Assembly (NCBI GenBank): GCA_040402395.1
Contig: JBBAMQ010000002.1
Span: forward strand, 37,376-101,375
DNA from: Candidatus Nanopelagicaceae bacterium
GTDB lineage: Bacteria; Actinomycetota; Actinomycetes; Nanopelagicales; Nanopelagicaceae
DNA: 64,000 nucleotides
Direction of reading: 5' to 3'
In this document: piece by piece, positions 10,277 through 20,348 of the stretch
Layout of the letters: every line of letters starts with the position of its first letter
Numbering within the stretch: position 1 is the first letter of the stretch
Program-made: the position numbers and the translations under genes
The notes under the pieces: model-generated
Told to the model about the DNA's origin: nothing
What the model saw: the letters and a program-made list of their open reading frames with translations, nothing else
Database searches by the model: none

Positions 10277-10540
10277 CTAGAGCGTACGGTAGATATCTTC
10301 AGGCGTAATTCCGCGTGCCACCATAAGGATTTGTAGCCGATAGAGAAGTTGTGAAATCTCAAGAGCCAGGGCTGCATCACTTTCATGTTCACCGGCGAGC
10401 CAGACCTCCCCGGCCTCTTCGATGATCTTCTTTCCCATCGCGTGAATGCCATCATCCAGCGCCGCCACGCTCGCTGAACCAGCCGGCCGCAGCAGAGCCT
10501 TCTCCGAGAGCTCGAGATAGAGTTGATCGAAATTCTTCAC
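10277..10540 (-). CDS. hisE: phosphoribosyl-ATP pyrophosphatase
   Basis: 87 aa. FDQLYLEL...[10 protein letters not shown]...E.SDL.Y.L is the MazG-like HisE pattern. GTG start. Confidence 0.85.
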   Translation of the reverse strand: MKNFDQLYLELSEKALLRPAGSASVAALDDGIHAMGKKIIEEAGEVWLAGEHESDAALALEISQLLYRLQILMVARGITPEDIYRTL

Positions 10541-10549
10541 TTTGTGATT

Positions 10550-11239
10550 TTACTCGAGACCAGCAGCGGATGTTGCCAATTTACGAAGGGTATCGAGCAT
10601 CTGGATCGGAGATTGAGCCTTATAGACAGCGCTCCCAGCAACAAAGGTATCTGCGCCGGCCAGAGCTGCGATTTCAATCGTCTCGATCGAGACTCCGCCA
10701 TCAACTTGTAACCAGATTGCGCGGTCGAGTAGTTCGATCGCTGCTCGAACTTGAGCAACTTTTGGCATCATCTCATGCATGAAGCTCTGCCCACCAAAAC
10801 CTGGTTCTACCGTCATGATCAAGACCATATCGACATCGGCGATAAAATCGGAGAGTTCAGAAAAATCTGTCTCAGGTTTGATGGCAATGCTAACCCTTGA
10901 TCCGGCGGAGCGAATCGCTTCAATCGTCGCACGTGGATAACTGCTCGCCTCGAGGTGAAAGGTAACACTCGCAGCCCCGGCCTCTGCGTAGCGCACCGCC
11001 ACGTCATCAGGATTGATGATCATCAGATGCGCATCAACCGGCAAAGATGATTCTTCGATGATTTTCGCAGATTCTCGAAGCGAAAAGGTAAAATTGGGAA
11101 CAAAGATATTATCCATTACATCGAGATGAAGGAGATCAGAGGAAGCGGCAACGCGTTCGATCTCGTTTCGAAGGTCAGATCGATCCGCGTTCAAGATGCT
11201 GGGGCAGATCCGAATCCTACGATCTAGACCCGTGCTCAT
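10550..11239 (-). CDS. rpe: ribulose-phosphate 3-epimerase
   Basis: CPSILNAD, HLDVMDNIFVPN, MTVEPGFGGQ and VDGG motifs. The ATG at 11239 lies 4 nt after the rsmB stop. Confidence 0.9.
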   Translation of the reverse strand: MSTGLDRRIRICPSILNADRSDLRNEIERVAASSDLLHLDVMDNIFVPNFTFSLRESAKIIEESSLPVDAHLMIINPDDVAVRYAEAGAASVTFHLEASSYPRATIEAIRSAGSRVSIAIKPETDFSELSDFIADVDMVLIMTVEPGFGGQSFMHEMMPKVAQVRAAIELLDRAIWLQVDGGVSIETIEIAALAGADTFVAGSAVYKAQSPIQMLDTLRKLATSAAGLE

Positions 11240-11243
11240 ATCC

Positions 11244-12593
11244 TTACGATACCTCTGGCGGGCGCCCAAAGAGCGCCATGAACATTGAATCGGTACCGTG
11301 GCTATCTGACCACATTTGAATCGTGCCATCTTCTCTTAAGAAATTCATGCTACGAGCAGTCTCGGGAATGAATGGCCCAAGAGAGCGCAGTTCGAACTCT
11401 GGGTGACGATAAAGGAAATCTGCGATTTGAGCTGTCGTCTCACTCCGATGTGGTGAACACGTGACATACGCGATCAACCCATTCGGTTCGAGCAGTGCAA
11501 CGCCAGCGTCGAGCAGCAAGCGTTGAAGAGTCACGAGCCCTTTCAGATCCGACAAGGTCTTCCGCCACCGTGATTCGGGTCGGCGCCGTAGCGCACCCAA
11601 TCCGCTACATGGCGCATCGATCAAGATTCGATCATAGCGATGATCGAGTCTCGGTAGATCCTCGCCAAGATGAGAGATGACCTGGGCCTTGGGGATCACG
11701 TGACTTACCAATTCGGCGCGATGCGGGGTGGGTTCGTTGGCAGTGAAATTATCTTTCGGTCTGGATTCGTGGAGTAAGTTGTAGAGCATCGCAGCTTTAC
11801 CGCCCGGACCTGCGCACATATCTAGCCAACTCAGATAATCGACATCTGTTGCGGTGTTGAAAAATATTTCACTGACTAGTTGGGAACCAAGATCTTGCAC
11901 ACCAGCTCGGCGTTCATGAACGGCTACATATGAACCAGGCATCTTTCCGGCCGTAAGTGCGTAACTACCTTCGTTGATAATTTCACCTCCCTCTTGCAAC
12001 AATTCTGCTCGAGTTGATTTTCCTGGCCAGCATACGATGTGCGGAGCAACGGGGGTATTATGAGCTTGCAGTAGCGCCACGAGTCTTGACTCATCTTTCA
12101 ATTGATCGCGTAATGCGTTGACGATCCATTCTGGGTGGGAGTAAAGCGTTGGAAGATCCGTCAAAGTTTCAAAATCAACTGGCTCGCGTAGCGCAGCTCG
12201 AAGGATCGCATTCACAAATGAAGCTTTACCCTCCCCTGCTACAGAACGAGCCAACTCAACGGTCGCATCAACAGCTGCGTGATCCGGTACCCGCATCTCA
12301 TAGATTTGATGGAGCCCGATCCGCAATAAATCAATCACCGCTGGATCCAGAGTTTCAAAGGGTCGGTCAATCTTCGCTCGGATAACAAAATCATGCTTCC
12401 CTTGCATTCGCAGGGTGCCGTAGCTTAATTCGGTAGCGAAGGATCTATCCCGTTCATCAAGCCTGGAATCCGCCAGCAGTTGAGGTAATCGAATGTTTGC
12501 GAAAGCACCTTCACGGTTTACCTGAGAGATGAGACGGTATGAGACAAGTCGACTCTCGTCAGGGCGAGCTTTTGTGAAGAGCGGTTTAGCCAA
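11244..12593 (-). CDS. rsmB: 16S rRNA (cytosine967-C5)-methyltransferase RsmB/Sun
   Basis: N-terminal NusB-like domain, the SAM site DMCAGPGGK, and DRILIDAPCSGLG and TCS catalytic cysteines. Confidence 0.85.
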   Translation of the reverse strand: MAKPLFTKARPDESRLVSYRLISQVNREGAFANIRLPQLLADSRLDERDRSFATELSYGTLRMQGKHDFVIRAKIDRPFETLDPAVIDLLRIGLHQIYEMRVPDHAAVDATVELARSVAGEGKASFVNAILRAALREPVDFETLTDLPTLYSHPEWIVNALRDQLKDESRLVALLQAHNTPVAPHIVCWPGKSTRAELLQEGGEIINEGSYALTAGKMPGSYVAVHERRAGVQDLGSQLVSEIFFNTATDVDYLSWLDMCAGPGGKAAMLYNLLHESRPKDNFTANEPTPHRAELVSHVIPKAQVISHLGEDLPRLDHRYDRILIDAPCSGLGALRRRPESRWRKTLSDLKGLVTLQRLLLDAGVALLEPNGLIAYVTCSPHRSETTAQIADFLYRHPEFELRSLGPFIPETARSMNFLREDGTIQMWSDSHGTDSMFMALFGRPPEVS

Positions 12594-13515
12594 GAGTGGA
12601 GAACCTCTCGCCCGCCTCTAAACGTGCGCCACGAAGGAAGTCTGCGGCGCTCATTCGGTTTTTTCCAGCCGGCGTTACGTCAGAGATCTCCAGCGCTAAA
12701 TCTAAACTCTGCACGAATGCCCGAGAACCCTCACCCCATACTTCCCCAATGGATCGATGATTAGCCGAGAGATCAGCAATCTTCGCCTGATGGATTGTGA
12801 TTTTCTCGCCTCGAAAATGTGAGTAGGTACCAGGCTTATGGCCAAGTGCCCGAATCTGTCGAAGGATCTGGATTGATGAAGTATTCCAGTCGACCTCGCC
12901 CATCTCGCGCGAAATCTTCGCAGCCGCGGTGGCGCCAGCGACAGTTTGAGCCTTTGGCTTTTCCCCTTTGGCAATCATCTCTACAACGTCAATAATACGC
13001 TCGCCGCCTCGAACCGACATGGTGGCGAGAAGCTCTTCCGTTGTTGCCTCATCACCGATATGCATCTCTTCCGTCAAATATATCGGCCCAGTATCCATCC
13101 CTTTATCCAATTTGAAAATAGTAATTCCAGAGACTTCATCACCTTCCAGGATGGCCCATTGAACTGGTGCTGCCCCGCGCCATCGTGGCAACAACGAAAA
13201 GTGAAGGTTGAGCCAGCCAAAACGTGGCCCGTGTAGAAGTTCGGGCGGAATCAATTTCCCATAGGAAGCAGTTATGACGAGTTGGGGCTGTGACTCGAGT
13301 AGGTGCTTATTTATCTCAGAAAAATCGACTGGTTTTGCAACTGTGAGTGCCCTGTCGGCGGCCCAGAGCGCAAGTTCGTTCGCAACAACGCTCTGACCGC
13401 GCCCAACCCTTTGATCTGGATGTGTAATGATCGAGGAGAGGGTATGTCGTGAATCGATAATCGCCTCAATCACTGGAACGCTTATGAGTGAGGAAGAAGC
13501 TACCGAAATCTGCAT
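12586..13515 (-). CDS. fmt: methionyl-tRNA formyltransferase
   Basis: NLHFSLLPRWRGAAPVQ, with the SLLP motif, plus the C-terminal tRNA-binding domain. Confidence 0.9.
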   Translation of the reverse strand: MQISVASSSLISVPVIEAIIDSRHTLSSIITHPDQRVGRGQSVVANELALWAADRALTVAKPVDFSEINKHLLESQPQLVITASYGKLIPPELLHGPRFGWLNLHFSLLPRWRGAAPVQWAILEGDEVSGITIFKLDKGMDTGPIYLTEEMHIGDEATTEELLATMSVRGGERIIDVVEMIAKGEKPKAQTVAGATAAAKISREMGEVDWNTSSIQILRQIRALGHKPGTYSHFRGEKITIHQAKIADLSANHRSIGEVWGEGSRAFVQSLDLALEISDVTPAGKNRMSAADFLRGARLEAGERFSTLG

Positions 13516-13518
13516 AGG

Positions 13519-14079
13519 TTAATGTCCTAGACCATGAGTGGGATGCGGGGAGAATTTGATTGAGGGGATTTCGCCGACTGCGACTGCGTTCGTGAACCAT
13601 GCACTTTCACGAATCTCTTTCATCGCTCCTTTTCGAAGTTCAGAGCCCATTCGATCAACGAAGAGGATGCCGTTTAAGTGATCGGTCTCGTGCTGCAAAG
13701 CGCGCGCTAGGAACTCTGTTCCCTCGATGGTGAGAGGTTCGCCATGCATAGAGAAGCCCTTTGCAACAGCGCGAAGCGCACGTGGTGTATCGGCAAAGAC
13801 GCCAGGAAAAGAGAGGCAACCTTCTTCGCCATCTTGCATTTCATCACTGAGATCTAGAGTCGGGTTGACCAGATGTCCTTCGATTCCATCTACTTCCCAC
13901 ACGAAGACCCTCAGTGAGACCCCAATTTGGGGGGCGGCTAAGCCAGCTCCAGGGGCATCGTGCATAGTTTCTGTTAGATCTGCTACGAGAGTACGTAGCT
14001 CCTTATCAAAATCGACCACCAAGGATGCTGGGGTCGTGAGGACTGGGTCGCCAAAATAACGGATTGGTTGAATGGCCAT
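13519..14079 (-). CDS. def: peptide deformylase
   Basis: GLAAPQIG, EGCLSFPG and HETDHLNG, the three canonical motifs. Confidence 0.92.
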   Translation of the reverse strand: MAIQPIRYFGDPVLTTPASLVVDFDKELRTLVADLTETMHDAPGAGLAAPQIGVSLRVFVWEVDGIEGHLVNPTLDLSDEMQDGEEGCLSFPGVFADTPRALRAVAKGFSMHGEPLTIEGTEFLARALQHETDHLNGILFVDRMGSELRKGAMKEIRESAWFTNAVAVGEIPSIKFSPHPTHGLGH

Positions 14080-14110
14080 CGGAGTATTCTACTCGCAACG
14101 ATTGACCCTG

Positions 14111-16015
14111 TTAGACAATAGAGAATGGATCGAATCTCAGAGCGAAGGGTGGGTTCTTCTGGGCGGCTCGCACGCGCTGCACTCCTGCTAGGAGTTCCGA
14201 GAATTCTTCACCCCGAGCTAACTCCACTTTCACCAGCACTCGATCGATTCCCTTCGCGGTTTTAACCATGGCGTAAGCGATGAAATTTCGAGCTTGAAGA
14301 AGTGCTGAAAGCCCCGCAAGATCGGTGAAACTTCCTTCGCAGATGATCACACGATAGAAGGGTGGGAGCTGCACAAGGAAGCGTTCGTTGGATTCACGAA
14401 GGGCAAGATCGTAGGCCTGTGAGCGGATCATCCCTTGAGCGACGATCTCTTGTGCCGGGAGCGAGAGATAGAAATCTCCATCAGGGGTGAGCGAGGCTAA
14501 TAACTTGAACCAGTGGCTGCGCATCTCTTCTTGGCTGCGTAGATCAACATGCGAATATCCCGCTTCTGCGTCGAGAATAAAGATCCCCTGATATTGCGCG
14601 ACTGGTTCTGATCCGATGGTGGCCACTACGAGTGATACCCCGGAAGGAATTTGTAGGATCTGGTCTGTCCCCGAGGACTGGATGACGCGGTGTTGAGGAA
14701 AGGCACGACCAAATTCAGCGGCCTTACGTATCGCACCACGAGAGGTCAACCACATCTCTGGACTATTGCAATGTGGGCAGTGCCAGTCGAGCGCTACCTC
14801 GCCACATAGTGCACACGTTGGTGATGACCCGTTTCTAAGAATCGCAAGTTGTCCACCGCAGGAACAGATACCTTTCGTTCGACATTTCTTGCAAGCGAAA
14901 CCATTTATATAACCGGCTCGCGCGACCGAGATCAGCACATTTCCTCTTTGTAGTGAACGTTCAATCATCGGGAAGATCGCAGGCTCGTCTCCTTCGGGGG
15001 TCAGGAATCTCATCGTCTTTACCTTGGGTGCATTGAACTCATATTTAGTTAACCAACCAACTTCAACTTGCCGAACAACTTCTACCGAGGGTGAATTAGA
15101 AATAAAGATAATCGAGTGCTCCCGGCTGCGAAGAAGAGCAACATCTCGGCTGTTCCAACTTGGGGAACGCCGCTCGTAATGATGACTCTCTACCTCATTA
15201 AAAATGATCAAGGTATCGTTCTGATGGAGGGAGAGTAGGACGCCATTTCGGAGCGTGAGAACGATCCCCGCCGTCATCGAATTGGCTACAAGGTACCTTT
15301 CAAAACGGTCACTCTTGCTCTGACGAGAGGTGTTCGACACCCAATTGATCCGAAAACGGTCGAGAATCTCCTGACAGGCTATTAAATCCTTAAAATCAGG
15401 AAGAACGATAACCGCCTTTCCTCGCACAGCTCGCTCGATCGCTATCGAGATTATTCGCTCATAAGAGTTACTACATGGTGAGAGAACAAGTAGATCTCTA
15501 AGCCGATCGCCGCCTTGTAACCGCCGAATTAACGCAGGCGGGAGAGCAACGGGTTGACTCGTCACATCATTAAGGCTTTCACCAATCACCTGACCCTGAT
15601 TTCGAAGGTATCGCTTCTCCCCTACCTTGGAAAAAGGTGGTGCCGTACTCGATAGAAAAGACCAAGCATCTGTCGCATAACGTCGTCCGAGTGCGAGGGC
15701 CAGTTCAATCTGCGCTTCTGTATATACCGGCACTGCCGAAATTAATGAGAGGATAGCTTTGACATCACCAGCGGTTTTGCTTTCAGTGGCTCGCGTGAGG
15801 ATGACGCCTTCAACGGTGTGGCTGCCGAATGGGACAAAGACCAGATCTCCGACTCCCGCCCTCTCTGCACCCGCTATGAGACGATAGGAATAGATCTCCT
15901 GCGATTGAAGAAAAGGCGAATCGATGAGTACTTCGATATACGGTTCATCTTCAAGAAGTTTCGGTGCGATAAACGCCTTCTCAATACGTAACTTGAGTGG
16001 CTTAACTGAAGCCAC
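14111..16015 (-). CDS. priA: primosomal protein N' (PriA), with degenerate helicase ATPase motifs
   Basis: Conserved position between metK and def. Cys-rich zinc insert CKKCRTKGICSCGG...CALCG...CPHCNS. The Walker A/B equivalents read LSPCSNSYE and IIFNEVES. Confidence 0.8.
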   Translation of the reverse strand: MASVKPLKLRIEKAFIAPKLLEDEPYIEVLIDSPFLQSQEIYSYRLIAGAERAGVGDLVFVPFGSHTVEGVILTRATESKTAGDVKAILSLISAVPVYTEAQIELALALGRRYATDAWSFLSSTAPPFSKVGEKRYLRNQGQVIGESLNDVTSQPVALPPALIRRLQGGDRLRDLLVLSPCSNSYERIISIAIERAVRGKAVIVLPDFKDLIACQEILDRFRINWVSNTSRQSKSDRFERYLVANSMTAGIVLTLRNGVLLSLHQNDTLIIFNEVESHHYERRSPSWNSRDVALLRSREHSIIFISNSPSVEVVRQVEVGWLTKYEFNAPKVKTMRFLTPEGDEPAIFPMIERSLQRGNVLISVARAGYINGFACKKCRTKGICSCGGQLAILRNGSSPTCALCGEVALDWHCPHCNSPEMWLTSRGAIRKAAEFGRAFPQHRVIQSSGTDQILQIPSGVSLVVATIGSEPVAQYQGIFILDAEAGYSHVDLRSQEEMRSHWFKLLASLTPDGDFYLSLPAQEIVAQGMIRSQAYDLALRESNERFLVQLPPFYRVIICEGSFTDLAGLSALLQARNFIAYAMVKTAKGIDRVLVKVELARGEEFSELLAGVQRVRAAQKNPPFALRFDPFSIV

Positions 16016-16021
16016 TCCCTA

Positions 16022-17215
16022 TCAACCTTTAACTGCGTTTTTTAAGGCCTCGGCACGATCGGTTCGCTCCCAGGTAAATTCAGGCAGTTCGCGGCCAAAG
16101 TGACCATATGAACTTGTCCGTGAGTAGATAGGACGGAGTAAATCTAAATCTCGGATGATCGCCGCAGGGCGAAGATCAAAGACCGCCTCTATTGCACTCT
16201 CAATCTGCAGCACAGGTACCTTCTCAGTTCCAAAGCATTCAACGAAGAGACCCACCGGTTGAGCCTTGCCGATGGCATAGGCAACCTGAACTTCACAACG
16301 TGTAGCTAGCCCTGATGCAACGACGTTCTTCGCTACCCAGCGAACGGCATACGCCGCCGAACGGTCCACCTTCGATGGATCTTTTCCAGAGAAGGCGCCT
16401 CCGCCATGCCGTGCCATGCCGCCGTAGGTATCCACGATGATCTTTCGGCCAGTCAATCCGGCATCACCCATCGGGCCCCCAATAACGAAACGACCCGTTG
16501 GGTTGATAAGAATCTTGACGTTACTGATATCAATTCGTAAATCCGCGATTATTGGTTCAATAACATATTTTTTTATTTCTGGGATTAAGGATTGCTCGAT
16601 ATCGGTATCTGCGGCGTGTTGCGAACTGACAACAACTGTATCTAACGCGACCGCTTTATCTCCATCGTACTCAATCGTTACCTGGGTTTTACCATCGGGC
16701 CGCAAATATCGAAGTTGGCCTGATTTACGAACCGTTGCCAATTGTGAAGAGAGTTTATGTGCGAGTGCAATAGGCAGAGGCATGAGCTCGGGCGTATCAT
16801 CGCACGCATAGCCAAACATGAGTCCCTGGTCCCCAGCTCCTTGCAAATCAAGCGGATCAACGGATGAACTCACTCGCTTCTCGAAGGCCGAGTTGATGCC
16901 TTGCGCAATATCAGCCGACTGTTGTCCGATCGACAACGAGACACCGCACGAGTTGCCGTCAAAACCTTTATCAGATGAGTCATAACCAATGCCAAGAACG
17001 GTATCTCGAACGATGGTCGTCACATCTGCATATCCCGAAGTAGTCACTTCACCAGCTACATGTACTTGGCCCGTAGTGATGAGTGTTTCAATCGCGACTC
17101 GAGATGAGGTGTCTTGGCTCAGCAAGGAGTCGAGAATCGCATCTGAAATTTGATCCGCCATCTTATCTGGGTGACCTTCGGTTACAGATTCAGAGGTGAA
17201 GAGGCGTTTACTCAT
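16022..17215 (-). CDS. metK: S-adenosylmethionine synthase
   Basis: [19 protein letters not shown], and [16 protein letters not shown]. Confidence 0.95.
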   Translation of the reverse strand: MSKRLFTSESVTEGHPDKMADQISDAILDSLLSQDTSSRVAIETLITTGQVHVAGEVTTSGYADVTTIVRDTVLGIGYDSSDKGFDGNSCGVSLSIGQQSADIAQGINSAFEKRVSSSVDPLDLQGAGDQGLMFGYACDDTPELMPLPIALAHKLSSQLATVRKSGQLRYLRPDGKTQVTIEYDGDKAVALDTVVVSSQHAADTDIEQSLIPEIKKYVIEPIIADLRIDISNVKILINPTGRFVIGGPMGDAGLTGRKIIVDTYGGMARHGGGAFSGKDPSKVDRSAAYAVRWVAKNVVASGLATRCEVQVAYAIGKAQPVGLFVECFGTEKVPVLQIESAIEAVFDLRPAAIIRDLDLLRPIYSRTSSYGHFGRELPEFTWERTDRAEALKNAVKG

Positions 17216-18407
17216 TGGCCAAACCTAACTTAAAGGCGGTCAAATCAAGAAGTTTATGGGCTAACTCGACCTTACTTAATGAAGTTATAACTTCACTAAC
17301 GCCATCGTTATTCATGATAACCCCCGAAGTGAGATCTGAGCCAAAAATCGCTCCCCCCGAAACATCGTTCATGTAGATGAGGTCAAGGTTCTTCTCGCGG
17401 TATTTTTCAATCGCCTTATCGACGCCACCGCTACCGGTCTGGGCCGCGAATCCAATGAGTATCCGATCAACCTTTACCGCCCCGAGTGATTTAAGAATAT
17501 CTTCGGTTGGAGTTAGATCGATAGAGTTATATCGACTCTTCTCAAGCTTCTCGTCTCTGATCTGCGATGGCCTGGCATCAGCAACGGCAGCAGTCATAAA
17601 AATGATGCGAGCTGCTGTGAAGTGAGCCAGAACTGCCTCGTGCATCTCGGCGGCGGTGTTTACTCGAATGAGAGTAATGCCTTCAATCTCTGGTTCGTGA
17701 GAATTGGCTGCAATTAGTGTGACATCCGCACCTCGCACTGCGGCGGCAAAGGCCACAGCAAATCCTTGCTTACCGGAAGACCGATTTCCAATATAACGAA
17801 CTGGATCGATCGGCTCTTGCGTACCACCTGCTGTTATCAGGACTTTAATCCCCTTAAAATCTGCCTTGCTCTTCAAGGTTGCCTCAAGCGCTGCGATAAT
17901 CTTTTGACTCTCGGGATACCGACCAATGCCACTATCCGAACCCGTCATTCGTCCTTCATCGGGATCGACAACGATGACACCGCGGGAACGCAAAACCGCC
18001 ACGTTACTTTGAGTCGCCGAGTTCAACCACATCTCTGAATGCATCGCCGGAACGAGAATCAATGGGGCTTGGGATGCAAGAATTACATTGGTAAGGAGAT
18101 CATCTGCTCGGCCTTGAGCGATTCTCGCAAGTAAGTCTGCGGTGGCGGGCGCGATAAGTACGGCATCGGCGGTACGCGCTAAGGAAATATGGGCAACGTT
18201 GTGTACATCGCTCCAAAGATCGTCGTAAACCGGTCGGCCCGAGAGCGCAGCCCACGTGGCACTACCAACGAAGTTTTGAGAAGAGCGAGTCGGGATTACC
18301 GTCACAAGAAAACCATGATCCTGCAGCCGTCGGATCAGATCGGCGCTTTTATATGCTGAAATACCACCACCGACGCCGAGAACGATCTCCCGACCACGAG
18401 GAAACAT
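17208..18407 (-). CDS. coaBC: bifunctional phosphopantothenoylcysteine decarboxylase / phosphopantothenate-cysteine ligase
   Basis: N-terminal flavoprotein domain ([17 protein letters not shown]) and a C-terminal CoaB domain ([23 protein letters not shown]). Confidence 0.9.
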   Translation of the reverse strand: MFPRGREIVLGVGGGISAYKSADLIRRLQDHGFLVTVIPTRSSQNFVGSATWAALSGRPVYDDLWSDVHNVAHISLARTADAVLIAPATADLLARIAQGRADDLLTNVILASQAPLILVPAMHSEMWLNSATQSNVAVLRSRGVIVVDPDEGRMTGSDSGIGRYPESQKIIAALEATLKSKADFKGIKVLITAGGTQEPIDPVRYIGNRSSGKQGFAVAFAAAVRGADVTLIAANSHEPEIEGITLIRVNTAAEMHEAVLAHFTAARIIFMTAAVADARPSQIRDEKLEKSRYNSIDLTPTEDILKSLGAVKVDRILIGFAAQTGSGGVDKAIEKYREKNLDLIYMNDVSGGAIFGSDLTSGVIMNNDGVSEVITSLSKVELAHKLLDLTAFKLGLANE

Positions 18408-18419
18408 AAGGGCTACAGG

Positions 18420-18701
18420 TTAAGCAGTTTTTTCTGGAGCCTTAGGCTCTAGATTTTCCAGCGTGAGAAGACCTTCATTGATCTCCCGCAATGCGATCGA
18501 GAGCGGCTTCTCGTGGACATAGGTTTCGACCAACGGACCAACGTACTCAAGCAGGCCTTCGCCCAATTGTGAATAATACGCATTGATCTGGCGGGCACGC
18601 TTTGCCGCGTAGAGAACAAGACTATATTTTGAGCCAGCTTTATCGAGCAGTTCATCTATCGAAGGATTGGTGATTCCATCCATATTTGAGATTGAGCTCA
18701 C
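18420..18701 (-). CDS. rpoZ: DNA-directed RNA polymerase subunit omega
   Basis: [51 protein letters not shown] chose the GTG at 18701 ([13 protein letters not shown]) because it has a GAGG Shine-Dalgarno sequence 5 nt upstream and matches the N-terminus of Streptomyces RpoZ as I remember it. The ORF track extends to a TTG at 18746. Confidence 0.85.
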   Translation of the reverse strand: MSSISNMDGITNPSIDELLDKAGSKYSLVLYAAKRARQINAYYSQLGEGLLEYVGPLVETYVHEKPLSIALREINEGLLTLENLEPKAPEKTA

Positions 18702-18721
18702 AAGCGCCTCTTTCATTTCAC

Positions 18722-18760
18722 TAAATATATATACCGGCGGCAACAAGAGTTGAACCGGAT
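18722..18760 (-). promoter_or_regulatory. gmk-rpoZ intergenic hairpin followed by a (TA)n tract; possible attenuator or internal rpoZ promoter
   Basis: The minus-strand RNA reads CCGG-UU-CAAC-UCUU-GUUG-CCG-CCGG followed by UAUAUAUAUUU. The TATATA could equally be a -10 box, with TTCAAC 17 nt upstream. This is the most AT-rich stretch I noticed in the window. Confidence 0.3.
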
Positions 18761-18784
18761 CGATCGCAATAGGGACGAAGACAT

Positions 18785-19663
18785 TTAGCTCTCTTCAGAA
18801 GTCACCAAGGATACCAGTTCTTCAATGACCTTTCCGACCTCCTGATTTACAAGGATATGGTCGAATTCGCTAGCGGCCTTCATCTCAGCCTGTGCGAGAG
18901 CCAACCGTGCCGCCTGACGCTCAGGGCTATCTGTTCCCCTGCCAATCAATCTCGCCTTTAACTCCTCCCATGATGGCGGAGCAATAAAGACCAAGAGCGC
19001 GGATGGTAGCGCTGTTCGGACCTGCCGCGCGCCTTCAATCTCAATCTCAAGGAGGACGCTCTTCCCGAGCTCTAACCAATGTTCTATGGGTTCTTTCGGT
19101 GTTCCGTATCGGGCGCCAGCAAACTCGGCCCACTCGAGAAAAGCTGAATCAGCGGTCATCTGATCGAACTTAGTATCGGTGTAAAAGTAGTAATCGACAC
19201 CCTCGCGTTCACCCTCGCGCGGCTCTCTCGTCGTTGCAGAGATCGAGATCCAAAATCTTGGATCAGTCCGCAGTGCACGACTAATCGTGCTCTTGCCGAC
19301 GCCGCCGGGACCAGAAATCACAATGAGGGTTCCGCGTCGCGGATCTAGTTTAGACATTGAAAGCTCCCCCTTCAGCGCAGCTAACTGATTACGGCCCAAC
19401 CCAGCGATTCTGCGTGTCGGTGATATTTTAGCGCGCTCCATCACCGCTTCTGCCCGAACTTTACCAACGCCTGGAACCGCTCCTAACAATTCAGAGACCC
19501 TCATTCGCTGGATCGCCGGATCTGCCAAATTAATAACATCAAAGATACTGAGCTGAGAATTCCGTAACTGCTCTTTGACTGATGCTCGTGTTTGACGGGC
19601 TGCGTTAGCAGATAAGAGCGCCGCAGTTCGCGCTTCAACCGAGAGCTTAGGCGGAAGTGGCAT
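18785..19663 (-). CDS. gmk: in-frame fusion of integration host factor (mIHF/sIHF-like, N-terminal ~100 aa) to guanylate kinase (C-terminal ~190 aa)
   Basis: A single ORF with no stop. [24 protein letters not shown]...[31 protein letters not shown] is mIHF-like. It continues into [16 protein letters not shown]...[15 protein letters not shown]...RGTDS, which is Gmk. The ATG at 19663 is chosen by N-terminal similarity to sIHF. Confidence 0.8.
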   Translation of the reverse strand: MPLPPKLSVEARTAALLSANAARQTRASVKEQLRNSQLSIFDVINLADPAIQRMRVSELLGAVPGVGKVRAEAVMERAKISPTRRIAGLGRNQLAALKGELSMSKLDPRRGTLIVISGPGGVGKSTISRALRTDPRFWISISATTREPREGEREGVDYYFYTDTKFDQMTADSAFLEWAEFAGARYGTPKEPIEHWLELGKSVLLEIEIEGARQVRTALPSALLVFIAPPSWEELKARLIGRGTDSPERQAARLALAQAEMKAASEFDHILVNQEVGKVIEELVSLVTSEES

Positions 19664-20348
19664 CATCGAGAATCTCGCGCGCCCTATCGCGCATCGCTTG
19701 CACACCATCTTTATAGAGCGATGTAATGGGTCTCCCAATTACTAAGTAAGTCGAGCCAGCGAGCATGGCAGCCTGTGGCGTCATAACACGACTTTGATCT
19801 CCGATTGCCGAACCAGAAGGCCTCACGCCTGGGGTGATAATCGCCGGCTCTGATCCAATCCGATCTCGAATCCCAGCAACCTCTAACGGCGATGAGACGA
19901 TCGCTCGCGCTCCGGCTTTTATTGCAAGCTCAGCAAGTTCTATTGCGCTATCGCCAGCGCTCTTTGCATATCCGATCTTTCGCAGATCCGAATCGCTGAG
20001 GGAGGTAAGGATTGTTACCGCTGTAATGTCAATATTTGGCGCAGCGATGGCTGCCGCTCTAATCATTTCCGAGCCACCAGAAGCGTGAACTGTCAGAAAC
20101 TTCGGCGCGATCGAGAGGATTGAAGAGGTAGCTCCTGCAACAGTATTGGGGATATCGTGCAATTTGAGATCTAAGAAGAGGTCGAAGTCGCCTGCGGTTC
20201 GAAGTTTTTCGATACCAGCGGTACCAAATTTGAGGAAGAACTCTAAACCCGCTTTATAGGTCGCGATCGAATCGTTCGTTGCTCTTATCCAAGCACAAGC
20301 AATCTCGAGGTCATTGGTATCAAGCGCCAATATCAGTGGATTCATCAT
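19647..20348 (-). CDS. pyrF: orotidine-5'-phosphate decarboxylase
   Basis: LILALDT, LDLKLHDIPNT, and VIGRPI. ATGA overlap with pyrD. Confidence 0.9.
   Translation of the reverse strand: MMNPLILALDTNDLEIACAWIRATNDSIATYKAGLEFFLKFGTAGIEKLRTAGDFDLFLDLKLHDIPNTVAGATSSILSIAPKFLTVHASGGSEMIRAAAIAAPNIDITAVTILTSLSDSDLRKIGYAKSAGDSAIELAELAIKAGARAIVSSPLEVAGIRDRIGSEPAIITPGVRPSGSAIGDQSRVMTPQAAMLAGSTYLVIGRPITSLYKDGVQAMRDRAREILDDATSA

Noticed and set aside
19664-19738. N-terminal extensions offered by the ORF track: 19738 (gmk fusion), 11329 (rpe), 54711 (pdxS), 58446 (patA), 51824 (ruvA), 51189 (ruvB), 26550 (carA), 34740 (A24 peptidase) and 5240 (DUF554).
   Set aside because: Each extension overlaps the upstream gene substantially and adds residues with no family similarity. 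In each case an internal ATG or GTG gives the canonical N-terminus, usually with a Shine-Dalgarno sequence or a 1-4 nt stop/start overlap.
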